From positions 2-64,001 of the forward strand of contig SOJN01000148.1 in assembly GCA_004376575.1 (NCBI GenBank): a stretch of DNA of 64,000 nucleotides, in the 5' to 3' direction. This DNA is from a candidate division TA06 bacterium. GTDB lineage: Bacteria; Hydrothermota; DG-26; E44-bin18. The position numbers and the translations under genes were made by a program. Positions 28,616-38,463 of this stretch are shown one piece after another. How positions within the stretch are numbered: position 1 is the stretch's first letter; each line of letters begins with the position of its first letter. A model generated the notes under the pieces. It was not told the DNA's origin and made no database searches. It was given only the letters and a program-made list of their open reading frames with translations.

Positions 28616-29770
28616 ATGCATCGTATTGAGAAACTGCAAAAGACCCTGGCCGACCACAGTCTAGTTGCGGCGTTTCTTCTTTACCACCGTGACGTTTACT
28701 ACTATGCAGGTACTGCAAGACCAGCGTCTCTTGTTGTGACTCCGGATGATGCAGTCTTGTTCGTCAGAAGGGGAGTTGATTGGCTCGGCGACGAACCGAA
28801 ACTGAGTGATGTCCGTGAGGGAGGCTTAGGTTCAATCCTTGATTGGCTGAAGGCCAAAGGTATACAGACGGGTAACGCAGGAATCGAGATGGATATCGTA
28901 CCTGCAGACATGTACGTGAAGCTGAAGATGCTCCTCCCCGGTTTGGAGTTTGTGGATGTTTCCACGTTCATAATCGAGCAAAGGCTCATTAAAGACAAGG
29001 ATGAGATAAAATCAATAAGGGGAGCATGCCGAATGGTCGAACAATCACACAAACACCTTCCCGATATCCTGAAAGAAGGGATTACTGAGCTTGAACTCTC
29101 AGCAGAGCTCGAATCGGTAGCTCGCAGGCACGGCCACGAAACCTTCGCAGTACTCAGGAAGAGGTTGGAGACGGAGATGGGCTACGCACTCATTCTCTCT
29201 GGTGAAAGCACCAGAGCGATCGGTGGTTATGGACAGGTCGTAACAGGAAAAGGGTTGAGTCCTGCTTTTCCGTATGGCCCTTCGCTTAGAAAGGTGAAAC
29301 GAGGGGATGTGGTCGTGTTTGACATCGCAGGCCTGAGCCAGGGATACCACTCAGATCTGGCAAGAACCTACTGTCTGGGGAAAGCGTCTGATGAGATGCT
29401 GGAAGCCCATGCAGCACTTGTTGCCATCCAGTCGGCAATGCTGGACGCTGCAAAGCCCGGGGTACCGGCAAATCAGATATACAAAACTGCAATCAAGAAA
29501 GCAGAAGCAATGGGTTGGGCCGATTACTTTCAGGGACACGGTAAAGAGAAAGGGACTTTTGTCGGGCATGGACTGGGTCTTGAGATAGACGAGCCGCCGC
29601 TTCTGAGCCCCAAAGATGGAACTGTGATCGAAGAAAACATGACATTCACCACAGAGCTGTTCATCGTGCATCCTGAGTTTGGCGAGGTTAAGCTGGAGGA
29701 CACTCTGCTCATGACGAAAGACGGGCCGGAACTTTTGACGACATTGGAACGGACAATAACTGAAATATGA
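28616..29770 (+). CDS. Xaa-Pro peptidase family (M24)
   Basis: FD..GYHSDLART, GHGLGLEIDEPP, TTE, KLEDT metal ligands. Confidence 0.9.
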   Translation: MHRIEKLQKTLADHSLVAAFLLYHRDVYYYAGTARPASLVVTPDDAVLFVRRGVDWLGDEPKLSDVREGGLGSILDWLKAKGIQTGNAGIEMDIVPADMYVKLKMLLPGLEFVDVSTFIIEQRLIKDKDEIKSIRGACRMVEQSHKHLPDILKEGITELELSAELESVARRHGHETFAVLRKRLETEMGYALILSGESTRAIGGYGQVVTGKGLSPAFPYGPSLRKVKRGDVVVFDIAGLSQGYHSDLARTYCLGKASDEMLEAHAALVAIQSAMLDAAKPGVPANQIYKTAIKKAEAMGWADYFQGHGKEKGTFVGHGLGLEIDEPPLLSPKDGTVIEENMTFTTELFIVHPEFGEVKLEDTLLMTKDGPELLTTLERTITEI

Positions 29771-29814
29771 ACTACAAACTGCAAACTGCGAAAGAAATAA
29801 CCGAAGTACAAAGC

Positions 29815-30360
29815 GAAAAAGACCCGTGGTGTCGTTGGAGACCACGATGTATTTTTCGTCCTGAGCGGGAGCGAAGGATCCCCTGAGCCCGAGATTGCTT
29901 CGCTATCGCTCGCAATGACAGTACCTCTATTCCGTGTAGCCCAGGAAGTTCAGAGTTTGGAAGCTGACGACTGACAACTGATAGCTTCTGCTGTGTCGTA
30001 CAGCCTACAGCGAGCCAAATAGGTCCAGCTGAAAAAGACCCACACTGTCGATAGACAGGGTAAGGTATTTTTCATCCTGAGGGAACGCCGAAGGACCTCC
30101 TGAATGCTTCTATGTCACTGGATGAGACATATTTGGTCCTTCATCGGCGTGAGCCGATGGAGGAGAAGCCATGCCTGCCGCGTTTCTCGTGAAGCGAGAT
30201 ACACGGGGCCTGCCCCGCCTCAAGACATGAACGAGGCAGGTTGCGATGGGTGTCTTGACCCCCTCACTGTGAAGACAATATACACGCGGAAGCTTTCTTA
30301 GCCCCATCCCACCCACACCCAGCCGCAGTAGCCTTCAGTTGTCAGCTCTCAGCCAAGCAC
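29815..30360. repeat. Intergenic cluster of palindromic and heptamer repeats
   Basis: Two gaaaaagaccc...gtatttttcRtcctgag...cgaagga units (29815-29880, 30031-30097); agattgcttcgctatcgctcgcaatgaca (29892-29920); family G 30121-30164; family B 30169-30208; ctgac/gtcag heptamers. Confidence 0.8.
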
Positions 30361-30412
30361 ACAAGTACGGAGTACAGCTGATAGCGTATTGCGTACAGCC
30401 TGCAAAATAGGA

Positions 30413-30440
30413 TTGACTTTGATGCAAATTCACCTAGAAT
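30413..30440 (+). promoter_or_regulatory. sigma70 promoter of pheST
   Basis: TTGACT-16 nt-TAGAAT. Confidence 0.55.
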
Positions 30441-30465
30441 ATGGACTTAAAGTTTTGGAGAAGCG

Positions 30466-31995
30466 ATGAGAAAACTGCCAGAAAACGAATATGTAGCCTT
30501 GACGACTCTCAGCCGACTGGAAAGGCCAGCACCTTTTGACAGCCTGGTTGCTCAGTCTGGTATGGACCAATCCAAACTAATGGCCGCTGCCATATCCCTC
30601 AAGGAGCAGGACCTTATAGTAATCCAGGAGGAGGCAGGAACTCTCATTTCCCTTGCTGACAATGGGAAGATATATGCTGAGCAACTCTTCCCGGAGAGGA
30701 GAGCCCTGAAAGCCATCCAGGATGCCGGAGGAAAGGTGAAGATCTCTACTCTCGCCCAACTCATAGATATACCGGATCTCGATTCCAGAAGAATCGTAAA
30801 GTGGCTTTCCCAGAAGGGCTGGTGTGCAAAAGAAGAGGACAACCTCGTAGTAACGGACAAGGGAAAGCAAGCAGCCAAAAAAAAGGGCCAGGACGAAATG
30901 CTTGTTGATGTGCTTTCCCAGAAAGGCACTGCTGACATCAAGTCCTTGAAGGAGAATGGCATTGATGTTGAGGCCGCCCAGCGACTTCTCAAAGGAAGAA
31001 CCCGAATCGTTAAGGTAAGATCGAAGAAGCTGAGACTTGTGAACCTCACAGAGAAAGGCAAGAAACTAGTATCGGAAGGGATCGAACCGGAAAAGCAAGC
31101 TACCACACTTACCTATGAGATGCTGGCAACAGGCAAGTGGCGCGAAGTCAGTTTGAAAAGCTATGACGTGAGTCTCCCAGGTGCTGTCACCTACCCTGGC
31201 AAAAGCCATCCTTTGAGAAGAATCATAGACGAGGCCCGCCAGGTCTTCCTGGAGATGGGTTTCACCGAGATAGTCTCGCCTTACGTGGACTCTTCCTTCT
31301 GGGTATTTGACGCACTCTTCCAACCCCAGGATCACCCCGCAAGGGAGATGCAGGACACGTTTTACATGTCCGCTCCCAGGCGATCGAAGCTTCCTCCGAA
31401 GAAGTTTGTCGAACCGGTTAAAGCCACTCACCAGAACGGCGGAAAAACTGGGAGCACAGGCTGGGGGTACAAGTGGGACATAGAAAAAGCAAGGAGAAAC
31501 GTACTCAGGACACACACCACAGCAACGACCATCAGATACCTGGCAGCACATCCTGAGCCGCCCCAGAAGGTTTTCAACATCGGCAGGAATTTCAGAAGAG
31601 AGAAGATCACTTTCAAGCATCTCATAGAGTTCTACCAGGTGGATGGAATAGTGATCGACGAAAAGGCGAGTCTGTCCACTTTGCTTGGGACCCTGGCTGA
31701 ATTCTATAAGAAAATCGGATTCCCAAAAGTCGTGTTCAGGCCGTCGTTCTTCCCTTACACAGAACCGAGCGTTGAGGCCTTTGCCTGGCTTGAAGCCAAA
31801 GATGCCTGGATCGAACTTGGAGGAGCTGGCATCTTCAGAGCCGAGGTTACCCGACCTCTTAACTGCCACGTCCCCGTTCTGGCCTGGGGTCTGAGTATTG
31901 AAAGAATCGCCATGATGAGATTTGGCCTGAGTGACATAAGGAAATTGTACTGGTCCGACATAGACTGGTTGAGGGAGGCGGAGCTATGCCGGTAA
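30466..31995 (+). CDS. pheS: Phenylalanine--tRNA ligase alpha subunit, archaeal/eukaryotic type
   Basis: 509 aa with long N-terminal extension; FDALFQPQDHPAREMQDTF, GSTGWGYKW, LRTHTT, FPYTEPS, LAWGLSIER. Confidence 0.95.
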   Translation: MRKLPENEYVALTTLSRLERPAPFDSLVAQSGMDQSKLMAAAISLKEQDLIVIQEEAGTLISLADNGKIYAEQLFPERRALKAIQDAGGKVKISTLAQLIDIPDLDSRRIVKWLSQKGWCAKEEDNLVVTDKGKQAAKKKGQDEMLVDVLSQKGTADIKSLKENGIDVEAAQRLLKGRTRIVKVRSKKLRLVNLTEKGKKLVSEGIEPEKQATTLTYEMLATGKWREVSLKSYDVSLPGAVTYPGKSHPLRRIIDEARQVFLEMGFTEIVSPYVDSSFWVFDALFQPQDHPAREMQDTFYMSAPRRSKLPPKKFVEPVKATHQNGGKTGSTGWGYKWDIEKARRNVLRTHTTATTIRYLAAHPEPPQKVFNIGRNFRREKITFKHLIEFYQVDGIVIDEKASLSTLLGTLAEFYKKIGFPKVVFRPSFFPYTEPSVEAFAWLEAKDAWIELGGAGIFRAEVTRPLNCHVPVLAWGLSIERIAMMRFGLSDIRKLYWSDIDWLREAELCR

Positions 31996-33776
31996 TGGGA
32001 ATTCCGCTTGACGCCCTCTACAGGCTCGTTAAGAAAAAGATCGAGAAGAAAGAGCTGTTCGCTCTCCTCACCAGTCTGGGCTGTGATGTGGAGGGCTACT
32101 TCGAGGTCGAGCGATTCAAATGTACAAGATGCGGTGAGATAGTCGAACTCACATCCCAGGAAGACTCGCTAGGTGAATGCTCTTCCTGCGGTGTGGAGTT
32201 TGAGCCGGGGAAAACCATGCTCAGCATAGGTATGAGCGAAGTTGTCAGAATGGAGCTTCTACCAGCGAGGCCTGACATGTTCGACGTGGGCGGCCTGGCC
32301 AGAGCCATACGGGGATACCTGGGTCTTGAGGTTGGCATGCCGCGTTATCCGCTGCAGCCGTCGAACATGCTTGTCAAGGTGGCCAAATCAGTGAAGGGCG
32401 TAAGGCCCTGCATCGCCTGTGCTGTCGCCAGGGGAATGAAGCTCGACTACGAAACGATAAAGGCAGTTATGAAGATGCAGGAGAATCTCCACTGGGCCCT
32501 TGGCAGAGATAGAAGAAAAGCATCAATCGGAGTCTATGATCTCTCATCCCTGAGACCCAATTTTGTATACACAGCCTATGGCAAGAAAGAGATGAAGTTT
32601 GTGCCACTCGGGGGAATGCCCGGAGGCAGCACCGAGCCGACAACTCTGGAGAATATTCTTGAGCGCCATCCTAAGGGGATGGCATACAAACATCTCCTGG
32701 AAGACTATCAAGTCTACCCCATTCTCATTGACTCGGCAGACCAGGTTCTGTCCATGCCGCCCATTATCAACAGCGAGGAGACTAGAGCGGGAATTGAAAC
32801 AGAAGACCTGTTCGTAGATGTGACCGGTCACGACAGGACAAGCGTGGAAAGGACCCTCAATGTTTTTGTGTGTTCGCTCGCGGAATTGGGCGCCAGGATT
32901 GAAACCGTCAGAATCGCCGATACTACCGAAGAGCTGCGCACCCCCAATCTTGAATCAAGAGAGTCTATCCTGGTTTCCGAGCACGCCTCCTCTTTGATAG
33001 GAATCGATATTCCTCCTGACGATTGTGTCAGGCTTCTGAAGAAGATGCGATTTGATGCTTTCACGTCAGAAGAAAAGATACATGTGAGCATACCTCCCTT
33101 CAGGACTGACATCATGCACGAGTACGATCTGATAGAAGATATTGCTATTGCCTATGGCTATCACAACATAAAGCCTGCTCTCATTCCAACCATGACAATC
33201 GGCGCACAAAGGCCCCTGGAGAGAACTTCCGCACGGCTCAGAAACTGCATGCTGGGCCTCGGATTCTTGGAAGTGGTCACGACTCTGCTTTCTAATCCCC
33301 AGAAGAACTACGGTCTTTTGCAGAGAGAAGATGACAACAGGGCACCGAAGATAGAGAACCCCTCAACAGTTGAACATACAATTCTGAGGACCCACCTCAT
33401 CTCAGGTCTTCTGGAGATGTTCAAGATCAACAGAACCCGCAAGATGCCTCAGAAGACGTTCGAGCTTGGTGATGTTTCTCTCATAGAAGAAAAAGGAGAG
33501 ACCGGAACGGTTGATAAGAGAATTCTCGCCGGTGCAATCATGGATCCAAAGACTGGATTTTCAGAGATAAAATCGTGTGTCGCGGCTGTTATGAGAGAAA
33601 CAGGCAGAGATTTTGACCTGCGCCCTGAAAATGATCCTTCCTTTATCAAGGCCAGGTGTGCGGGAATATACCTGAAAGATTCGAAGATAGGAATATTGGG
33701 GGAGATTCACCCACAGGTTCTTGAGAACTTCGAAATAGTACAACCTGTCTCCCTTTTCCACATGGCAGCTGAGTAG
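31986..33776 (+). CDS. pheT: Phenylalanine--tRNA ligase beta subunit, archaeal/eukaryotic type
   Basis: 596 aa, RPD, QENLH..GRDRRKASIGVYD, VLSMPPIINS, DLIEDIAIAYGY, GEIHPQVL; no bacterial OB or B8 anticodon domains recognised. Confidence 0.95.
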   Translation: MPVMGIPLDALYRLVKKKIEKKELFALLTSLGCDVEGYFEVERFKCTRCGEIVELTSQEDSLGECSSCGVEFEPGKTMLSIGMSEVVRMELLPARPDMFDVGGLARAIRGYLGLEVGMPRYPLQPSNMLVKVAKSVKGVRPCIACAVARGMKLDYETIKAVMKMQENLHWALGRDRRKASIGVYDLSSLRPNFVYTAYGKKEMKFVPLGGMPGGSTEPTTLENILERHPKGMAYKHLLEDYQVYPILIDSADQVLSMPPIINSEETRAGIETEDLFVDVTGHDRTSVERTLNVFVCSLAELGARIETVRIADTTEELRTPNLESRESILVSEHASSLIGIDIPPDDCVRLLKKMRFDAFTSEEKIHVSIPPFRTDIMHEYDLIEDIAIAYGYHNIKPALIPTMTIGAQRPLERTSARLRNCMLGLGFLEVVTTLLSNPQKNYGLLQREDDNRAPKIENPSTVEHTILRTHLISGLLEMFKINRTRKMPQKTFELGDVSLIEEKGETGTVDKRILAGAIMDPKTGFSEIKSCVAAVMRETGRDFDLRPENDPSFIKARCAGIYLKDSKIGILGEIHPQVLENFEIVQPVSLFHMAAE

Positions 33777-33788
33777 GATTCCACACCC

Positions 33789-34763
33789 TCATTCCCAATC
33801 CATCTCCTCGTGACCCCCCATCAGTCTGATCAGTTTTTCATCGAATTCAACAGCAGGGTTATATCCCCATACCTTCAGGAGTTGGGTCCTGGCAACGACT
33901 TCACACAGTATGGCCACATTCTTACCTGGGATAAGGGGTATGTGTACATAAGGAATTTCTACGCCCATTATTTCTCTGGTCTCTTCCTCTATCCCCAGCC
34001 GGACTTCAGACGTTGCCCGCGTCCACTTGACAAGTTCAACCTCAACCTCTATCCTCTTCTGGAGCCTTATAGCCGTTATTCCATATATGGCGTAGACATC
34101 CACGAGCCCCACTCCCTTGATTTCCATATGGTGGCTCAGGCCTGCCTCAGGGGGATTGCAGGAAGAGCCAATCAGAATGTTGTTGCTCTGCTTTACGATC
34201 CTCACTGTGTCGTCTGCAACGAGCCTGTGTCCGCGTTCAACCAGAGCCAGGGCCGCCTCGCTTTTGCCTATGCCGGGCGCTCCTGTCAGCAAAAGCCCCA
34301 TGCCGAAAACATCAACAAGGGTAGCATGGACAGTTTTTTCTGCAGCGAGCGCAAAGTTCAAGTATTCTGTTAACACTAGAATGAAAGCTCCTGTTTCCAT
34401 TGATGTTACCAGTATGGGGACCCCTCTGGCATTGGACATTCTCCGAAGAAGAGCGGGTACTGGCTGAGAGTTCGTCACCACCATACAGGGGATGTTTCCC
34501 CAGGATAGCTTGCTAAGGGCACTCTCCATTTCCTTCTTTCCCAGGTGATTCAGGTAGGAGATTTCGTTCTTGCCCAGAACCTGAATCCTATCATTGGGGA
34601 AGAATTTCAAATAGCCGGCCAGCGCCAGTCCCGGCCTGTGTATGTCAGGCGACCTCACCTCCCTGTCAACACCTGTCTTCCCGGATACCAGTTTCAGCCT
34701 GAACTCATTCTCCCTGTCCGAAAGAATCCAGGCTATCTTTGTGCTCTTCACCTTTGTCATCAT
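33789..34763 (-). CDS. hprK: HPr(Ser) kinase/phosphatase
   Basis: RPGLALAGY, RIQVLG, GAPGIGKSE, RGHRLVADD; GGAGG next to ATGATG. Confidence 0.93.
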   Translation of the reverse strand: MMTKVKSTKIAWILSDRENEFRLKLVSGKTGVDREVRSPDIHRPGLALAGYLKFFPNDRIQVLGKNEISYLNHLGKKEMESALSKLSWGNIPCMVVTNSQPVPALLRRMSNARGVPILVTSMETGAFILVLTEYLNFALAAEKTVHATLVDVFGMGLLLTGAPGIGKSEAALALVERGHRLVADDTVRIVKQSNNILIGSSCNPPEAGLSHHMEIKGVGLVDVYAIYGITAIRLQKRIEVEVELVKWTRATSEVRLGIEEETREIMGVEIPYVHIPLIPGKNVAILCEVVARTQLLKVWGYNPAVEFDEKLIRLMGGHEEMDWE

Positions 34764-35076
34764 ACCTCCCTGTGCCAGCCTCTTTTTTCTTATCCCTGTT
34801 TCTTTCTTCATAGCGTCTGAGCTGCCTGGACATCTTATCAACCGCGTCTTCGATCACATCTACAAGGTCGAATCCCTTCGATTTGGCACTGAAGACCTTG
34901 CGTCGGGCAGTCACATTCAATTCAAGAAGCAAACCTCTCCCGTCCTTTTCGACTATCACGTGGGTACTGACTAGGTGTCTTGAGAATCTGGCAAGTTTTT
35001 CTACTTTGGCTTCGAGCATCCTCCGAACTTCCCCATTAACAAGAATACCGTGTCTAACGGTCACGTCCACATCCAT
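34705..35076 (-). CDS. hpf: Ribosome hibernation promoting factor / RaiA (short form)
   Basis: VTVRH, KVEKLARF, IEDAVDKMSRQLRRYEER; rpoN-hpf-hprK context. Confidence 0.85.
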   Translation of the reverse strand: MDVDVTVRHGILVNGEVRRMLEAKVEKLARFSRHLVSTHVIVEKDGRGLLLELNVTARRKVFSAKSKGFDLVDVIEDAVDKMSRQLRRYEERNRDKKKEAGTGRYDDKGEEHKDSLDSFGQGE

Positions 35077-35077
35077 C

Positions 35078-35887
35078 CTACGATCCCCCTTTCAACCTGA
35101 TAGTCCATAAAATGAAACTGGCTACACCAACAAACCAACAGTAAAAAGAAAAGTAGGATAATCCGCCCTTCCTCACCAGGGCGAGCAATAACCTAACAGC
35201 GGCATATCCCACAACGAAGGCGCAGACCATGCCTACGAGATAATGGGACAGGGACTCCAATCCAACCTCTGACATTCTGAAGAAGTCGTAGACACTGATG
35301 ATAAGAATTGCAGGAACGGCAAGGAGGAAAGCGAAGTCGGCCGCCTCTGACTTGTTCATTCCCCTGAAAATACCTGTACTTATCGTCACGCCAGACCTGG
35401 AAATCCCTGGAAGAAGCGCGAATGCCTGCGCAAATCCAACCAAGATGGAGTCGAGAACTCCTATTTTTTGTCTCCTCTCCCTGGAAAAGCGAGTGAGAAA
35501 GAGAATGATCCCCGTCACGAGAAACAAAATACTTATTGTGTATACTCTGTCAAACAGATTCTCTATGAGCTCGTGAAAGAAGTAACCGAAGAATAAAGCT
35601 GGCACCGTTCCAATTGCAAGATACCCAATAAAAAGTAGATTGCCAGCGTCACCCGGACGCCTCTTCCCTACTACTGCTCTGGCTGAGGATGCCAGCAGCG
35701 CGCTGAGCTTCCTGTAATAGACGCCCACCAGCGCGAGAAGAGTGCCAAAGTGGAGGAAAATCTCCATGTGTATATCGGGAGGTCGACCGCCCATCAGCTT
35801 TTGAGCCAGCGCCAGGTGACCTGAACTGGATACGGGCAGAAACTCCGTAAGCCCCTGAATCAAACCGAGGATTATTGCTCGAACCAC
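35078..35887 (-). CDS. uppP: Undecaprenyl-diphosphate phosphatase
   Basis: QGLTEFLPVSSSGHL, LPGISRSG. Confidence 0.95.
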   Translation of the reverse strand: MVRAIILGLIQGLTEFLPVSSSGHLALAQKLMGGRPPDIHMEIFLHFGTLLALVGVYYRKLSALLASSARAVVGKRRPGDAGNLLFIGYLAIGTVPALFFGYFFHELIENLFDRVYTISILFLVTGIILFLTRFSRERRQKIGVLDSILVGFAQAFALLPGISRSGVTISTGIFRGMNKSEAADFAFLLAVPAILIISVYDFFRMSEVGLESLSHYLVGMVCAFVVGYAAVRLLLALVRKGGLSYFSFYCWFVGVASFILWTIRLKGGS

Positions 35888-35902
35888 AGTGAGAGTCTCC
35901 CC

Positions 35903-36757
35903 TCAAATCCTGCCTACAACAAGAGCCACGAGGCCGGCGACCATGTCCATTTTGAGCAACGTAGACGCCCGGCTTGTGCTCATCCAACTCCTGCGAGCTA
36001 TCAAGGAAGCAACGATAACTGCCACGACCAGATCGACACCAACCAGAACAAATATCAGATAGAGCGCTCCGTAGAGACCAAACACAAACGGCAACGGTGT
36101 CACCAATATGAGCAAGGCGAAAACCGCTGCAGAAAGGAGAACCCCTGCTCGTTCACCGAACAGAACAGGGAAGGTCCTTGCTTGCACACTTCTATCTCCC
36201 TTCACGTCTGCAACATCCTTCACTATTTCTCTGCCCAGATGAAAGAGGAAGGCAAACGCAGCAGGGAACAGTGCTCCCACAGGATTTCTGACCGCCACAC
36301 CTCCATAGATGAAAGCGAGTGCGGTAAGCATGCTGACCAGGAGGTTCCCCCACAACCCCTGCCTCTTCAACCACACGGCATAAGCAACCAGCAGCGCACA
36401 GCAAGAAATGGCCATCAATAACGCGGAGAAACTTATCAGCCAGGAGAGTAGGATGCCCAGCGAGAAGAGTAATACGCCAATAATAGAAGCAGCTCTACGG
36501 GTGAGCAGCCCGGAGGGTATAGGCCTTTTCGGATTGTTGATGGAATCAGTCTCTGAGTCAGACACGTCGTTTATTGCGTTTCCGGCACCAAGAATCATTC
36601 CCGCAGATACGCATGCCAGAAGAACCTTCAACGCCAATAAGGTGCCGGAAAGGTAGGACCCGATTGCAACAGATATACCTACGATCAACACATTGACAGG
36701 CCTGATTATGCCCAAGCAGCCCCTGATTCTGTCAGCAAACCTGAGGTCGTTTCTCAT
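35903..36757 (-). CDS. UbiA-family prenyltransferase, DGGGP synthase-like
   Basis: IRPVN, GNAINDVSDSETDSINNPKRPIPSG, REIVKDVADVKGD..RTFP. Confidence 0.8.
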   Translation of the reverse strand: MRNDLRFADRIRGCLGIIRPVNVLIVGISVAIGSYLSGTLLALKVLLACVSAGMILGAGNAINDVSDSETDSINNPKRPIPSGLLTRRAASIIGVLLFSLGILLSWLISFSALLMAISCCALLVAYAVWLKRQGLWGNLLVSMLTALAFIYGGVAVRNPVGALFPAAFAFLFHLGREIVKDVADVKGDRSVQARTFPVLFGERAGVLLSAAVFALLILVTPLPFVFGLYGALYLIFVLVGVDLVVAVIVASLIARRSWMSTSRASTLLKMDMVAGLVALVVGRI

Positions 36758-36772
36758 AGGCTTCTTCTGGGC

Positions 36773-38356
36773 TTAGATATCCATCCTTACCGAAAGGTTC
36801 CACTGCAACCAGTCCATAGGTTTTTCAGGGGTCATCCCAAAGGCGGTGGGGTTTTTTATCCTTCTATATTCTACACCGGCCTTCAAAAACAACCACCACG
36901 CTGGCCTGTATGATACGTCTGCTGACAGGCAGTTGCAGGTCTCTACTTTGCCTGAGGGAAAAAATGGACGGGGCTCGCCCAGCTCCTCTTCCCACGACAA
37001 ATCGACCGTCCCCTCCCCGTGTCTCAGGTACATGTAGCGGAGAAAGCCCTCAAAGAATATTGACGGACGATGAGATATCTCCAAAATGAGCCTGTCAGAA
37101 TCAGGTCCCAGCATCTCACCTATGGGGGTCCCGGAATGAACGTACTTGTTGCTCGAATCTCTGTGTGTGTATACCCACTTGTTGAGCCGAGTGTATTCGC
37201 ACTTCAGGTCAGAATCGGGAAGTCCAAGGGGATCGGCAACGTGCAGTCCGACCACTCCTGCCAGCTTGTCCGGAGCGCGCGCTCCCCTTTCATACTGAAC
37301 GTCATCAATGAGAAACTCGCCATAGAGCCTGACGCCTCCCAGGGCATAGGTGACCAGGTCGAAAAGCCATAGAGTGTTATCATCCTGGTGCATATTGTGC
37401 TCGGCTGCATAGTAGGGGATGATCGGATTGACATACTGAGGCTCGGGAAAAGATCTACGGTGGTAAACGACAGCTTCCGATATTCCAAATACCGTCTTCA
37501 GGGGAAGCTGGAGGCTCAATCTATGCACAGAAAGGTATATGCCTTCATCAGGTGAGAGGACCGCAGTGAAGCCTCTGGCTGAGATACGCCACAGATCTGC
37601 ATTTAAGGCAATCAAGTCGAGCGGCTCTCCGCTGGGCGATACAAGGAGTGTTCCGAACCTTCCCGGCCCCCACCAGAATCTGTCCCTACCCAGTTCGAGC
37701 TGAATGGGTCCGGTCTTAAGCTTAAAGTACGCCCTGTCGATTTCGGCAGTTCCTCTCTTCCACACCCTCGTTCCCCGGCCTGAATATGTGGAACCAATGT
37801 CCTCATCCCCCTCAATCAAGGAAAAGGTGAGCCGCTCATTGTAGGCAAGCCTCTCGTTCAGTTGCCCATACGTCTCAAAACCCAAGGAAGTTGTCGAAAC
37901 CGTCAGTAAGGTATCAAACAGGGTAGAGTCATTCTTCAGTTCTGCCCTGGAAATAAGAAGTGATTCTTCCAGATACACATCGAAGTTCACCCGGCTTTCA
38001 CCTTTGTCAAAGCGTAGTACAGGCATATCCTGGTACCTGTAGCCTTCTCTTGCGTCTGTGCCCAGCTCCTTTGCAAACTCAGTCTTCAATCTGGCAAGAT
38101 AGTGCCGATCTATAGAGCTGATTGCTGCTTCTCCTTGCTCCGCCTCTTTGAGAAAAGGCTCGAGCGCTTCAGCTATCTTTCCTCGCGTTAAGGGCCTCGC
38201 CTCCGTGTCAACGTATATGTAGCTCTTTGCCACGAATCTGTCCAGGATCGGATAGACCCAGCTGTCCACTTCAACATTTACCAGACTCTGGGGATTTGCT
38301 ATTGCTGCAACTAGAAGGGAAAGCAGAACTGGAAGGCAAACAGCTTTTGCCATCAA
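36773..38356 (-). CDS. Capsule assembly Wzi-family outer-membrane protein
   Basis: Signal peptide, RPLTR N-domain, LGRDRFWWGPG, LYGEFLIDD, LGPDS. Confidence 0.75.
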   Translation of the reverse strand: MMAKAVCLPVLLSLLVAAIANPQSLVNVEVDSWVYPILDRFVAKSYIYVDTEARPLTRGKIAEALEPFLKEAEQGEAAISSIDRHYLARLKTEFAKELGTDAREGYRYQDMPVLRFDKGESRVNFDVYLEESLLISRAELKNDSTLFDTLLTVSTTSLGFETYGQLNERLAYNERLTFSLIEGDEDIGSTYSGRGTRVWKRGTAEIDRAYFKLKTGPIQLELGRDRFWWGPGRFGTLLVSPSGEPLDLIALNADLWRISARGFTAVLSPDEGIYLSVHRLSLQLPLKTVFGISEAVVYHRRSFPEPQYVNPIIPYYAAEHNMHQDDNTLWLFDLVTYALGGVRLYGEFLIDDVQYERGARAPDKLAGVVGLHVADPLGLPDSDLKCEYTRLNKWVYTHRDSSNKYVHSGTPIGEMLGPDSDRLILEISHRPSIFFEGFLRYMYLRHGEGTVDLSWEEELGEPRPFFPSGKVETCNCLSADVSYRPAWWLFLKAGVEYRRIKNPTAFGMTPEKPMDWLQWNLSVRMDI

Positions 38357-38463
38357 ACCTCGCTACCTGACCGCGGGCACCCACACATATGCAATGCGCT
38401 CGCCAGGGCTGAATTGGCACGATCGATACCTGAGGGAGCCGGCATCAACGAGCAGCACAAGCT

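Noticed and set aside
29770..30466. T-box or Phe leader-peptide attenuator upstream of pheS
   Set aside because: No T-box consensus or Phe-rich uORF seen; the region is explained by repeats and a promoter close to the start.
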